Below are positions 14,368-14,835 of a DNA stretch of 14,835 nt, piece after piece (position 1 is the first letter of the stretch; each line of letters opens with the position of its first letter). The stretch lies in NCBI GenBank assembly GCA_035550175.1, contig DASZQE010000480.1, forward strand, positions 1-14,835, given 5' to 3'. The notes beneath the pieces are model-generated. The model searched no databases, was not told where the DNA came from, and saw nothing but the letters and a program-made list of their open reading frames with translations. Origin of the DNA: Phycisphaerales bacterium. Its GTDB lineage: Bacteria; Planctomycetota; Phycisphaerae; Phycisphaerales; SM1A02. The translations under genes were made by a program, and so were the position numbers.

Positions 14368-14835
14368 TCAAATCTCAACCGGCACCGGCTTCGGAGACTC
14401 AAGCACATTCTTTGCGGCACTGGTCACCACAGGCTGCAGCGGCGCATTCTGCTCAAAGGCCTGTGCCTGCGAAAGCGCTGCGACCGGAACTCTTGCGGGG
14501 ATAGGTTCCGCACTTCTCGGCAAAACCCGCTTCGAACCCTCACGCATGGCCAGAACCTTCGGCACAAGCAGCAACGATCCCATCGCTGCGAACAGCACCA
14601 CATATTCCCCCGCGGTCCTTGTCAAAGGCTGCATGGCAATTGCGACCAAGTACGTCGCTGCCACTCCGACGCAGAACACCGGCAGCGATCGCGCACCGCA
14701 CTGCACGAACAACCCCAGAAACGCATTGGGATGCTCAGGCCAGAACTTCACCGTGATGCACATCACCACATATGCAAACGCCGTGAAGCTGATCACGGGC
14801 ACCGGCGCCAATCCCATCCGGTTGTACCACCCCCA
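14368..14835 (-). CDS. Integral membrane protein, C-terminal portion. The N-terminus lies beyond the window end.
   Basis: The frame is open to the window edge (...WGWYNRMGLAPVPVISFTAFAYVVMCITVKFWPEHPNAFLGLFVQCG...). At least three hydrophobic helices are followed by a Pro/Ala-rich hydrophilic tail. The stop at 14368-14370 is 9 nt from the convergent upstream gene. Confidence 0.5.
   Translation of the reverse strand, partial: WGWYNRMGLAPVPVISFTAFAYVVMCITVKFWPEHPNAFLGLFVQCGARSLPVFCVGVAATYLVAIAMQPLTRTAGEYVVLFAAMGSLLLVPKVLAMREGSKRVLPRSAEPIPARVPVAALSQAQAFEQNAPLQPVVTSAAKNVLESPKPVPVEI

Noticed and set aside
1-14835. CRISPR arrays, IS elements, integrases, long direct or inverted repeats
   Set aside because: Scanning found no spaced short repeats, no transposase- or integrase-like ORFs and no terminal inverted repeats. 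The only repeated elements are the short upstream motifs and the tRNA fragment listed above.

Overview
GC-rich (roughly 55-60%) bacterial chromosomal segment, mostly conserved core genes. It contains 16 protein-coding genes, one tRNA and a tRNA fragment. Reading left to right, the coding genes are: a partial GspG-like pseudopilin (-), a single-domain PilZ c-di-GMP receptor (-), a DUF1015-serA-serC cluster (+), a large FHA/coiled-coil/tail-anchored protein (+), a flavin reductase-family protein (-), purE and a DinB-family protein (+), an SPFH/band-7 protein whose SPFH lead segment is present in three tandem copies and which is preceded in the same orientation by an unrecognisable 275-aa protein (-), a YhhQ-family queuosine-precursor transporter (-), efp (-), a divergent 236-aa hypothetical (+), and the C-terminal part of a membrane protein (-). 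After the 275-aa gene comes a CAU-anticodon tRNA (-) with an odd anticodon arm, with a tRNA 3'-end fragment immediately downstream of it. Three intrinsic-terminator hairpins are visible. The stretches that look most accessory are the hypothetical+SPFH pair and the lower-GC tRNA flank at ~11.1-12.1 kb. The DUF1015-serA-serC linkage, carrying a duplicated upstream motif, and the unusual EF-P loop are the other points worth follow-up. Functional assignments come from motifs read by eye (prepilin N-terminus, PilZ RxxxR/DxSxxG, FHA, SPFH, Rossmann/ACT, PurE, EF-P, YhhQ, DUF1015 HHR). No database searches were run.
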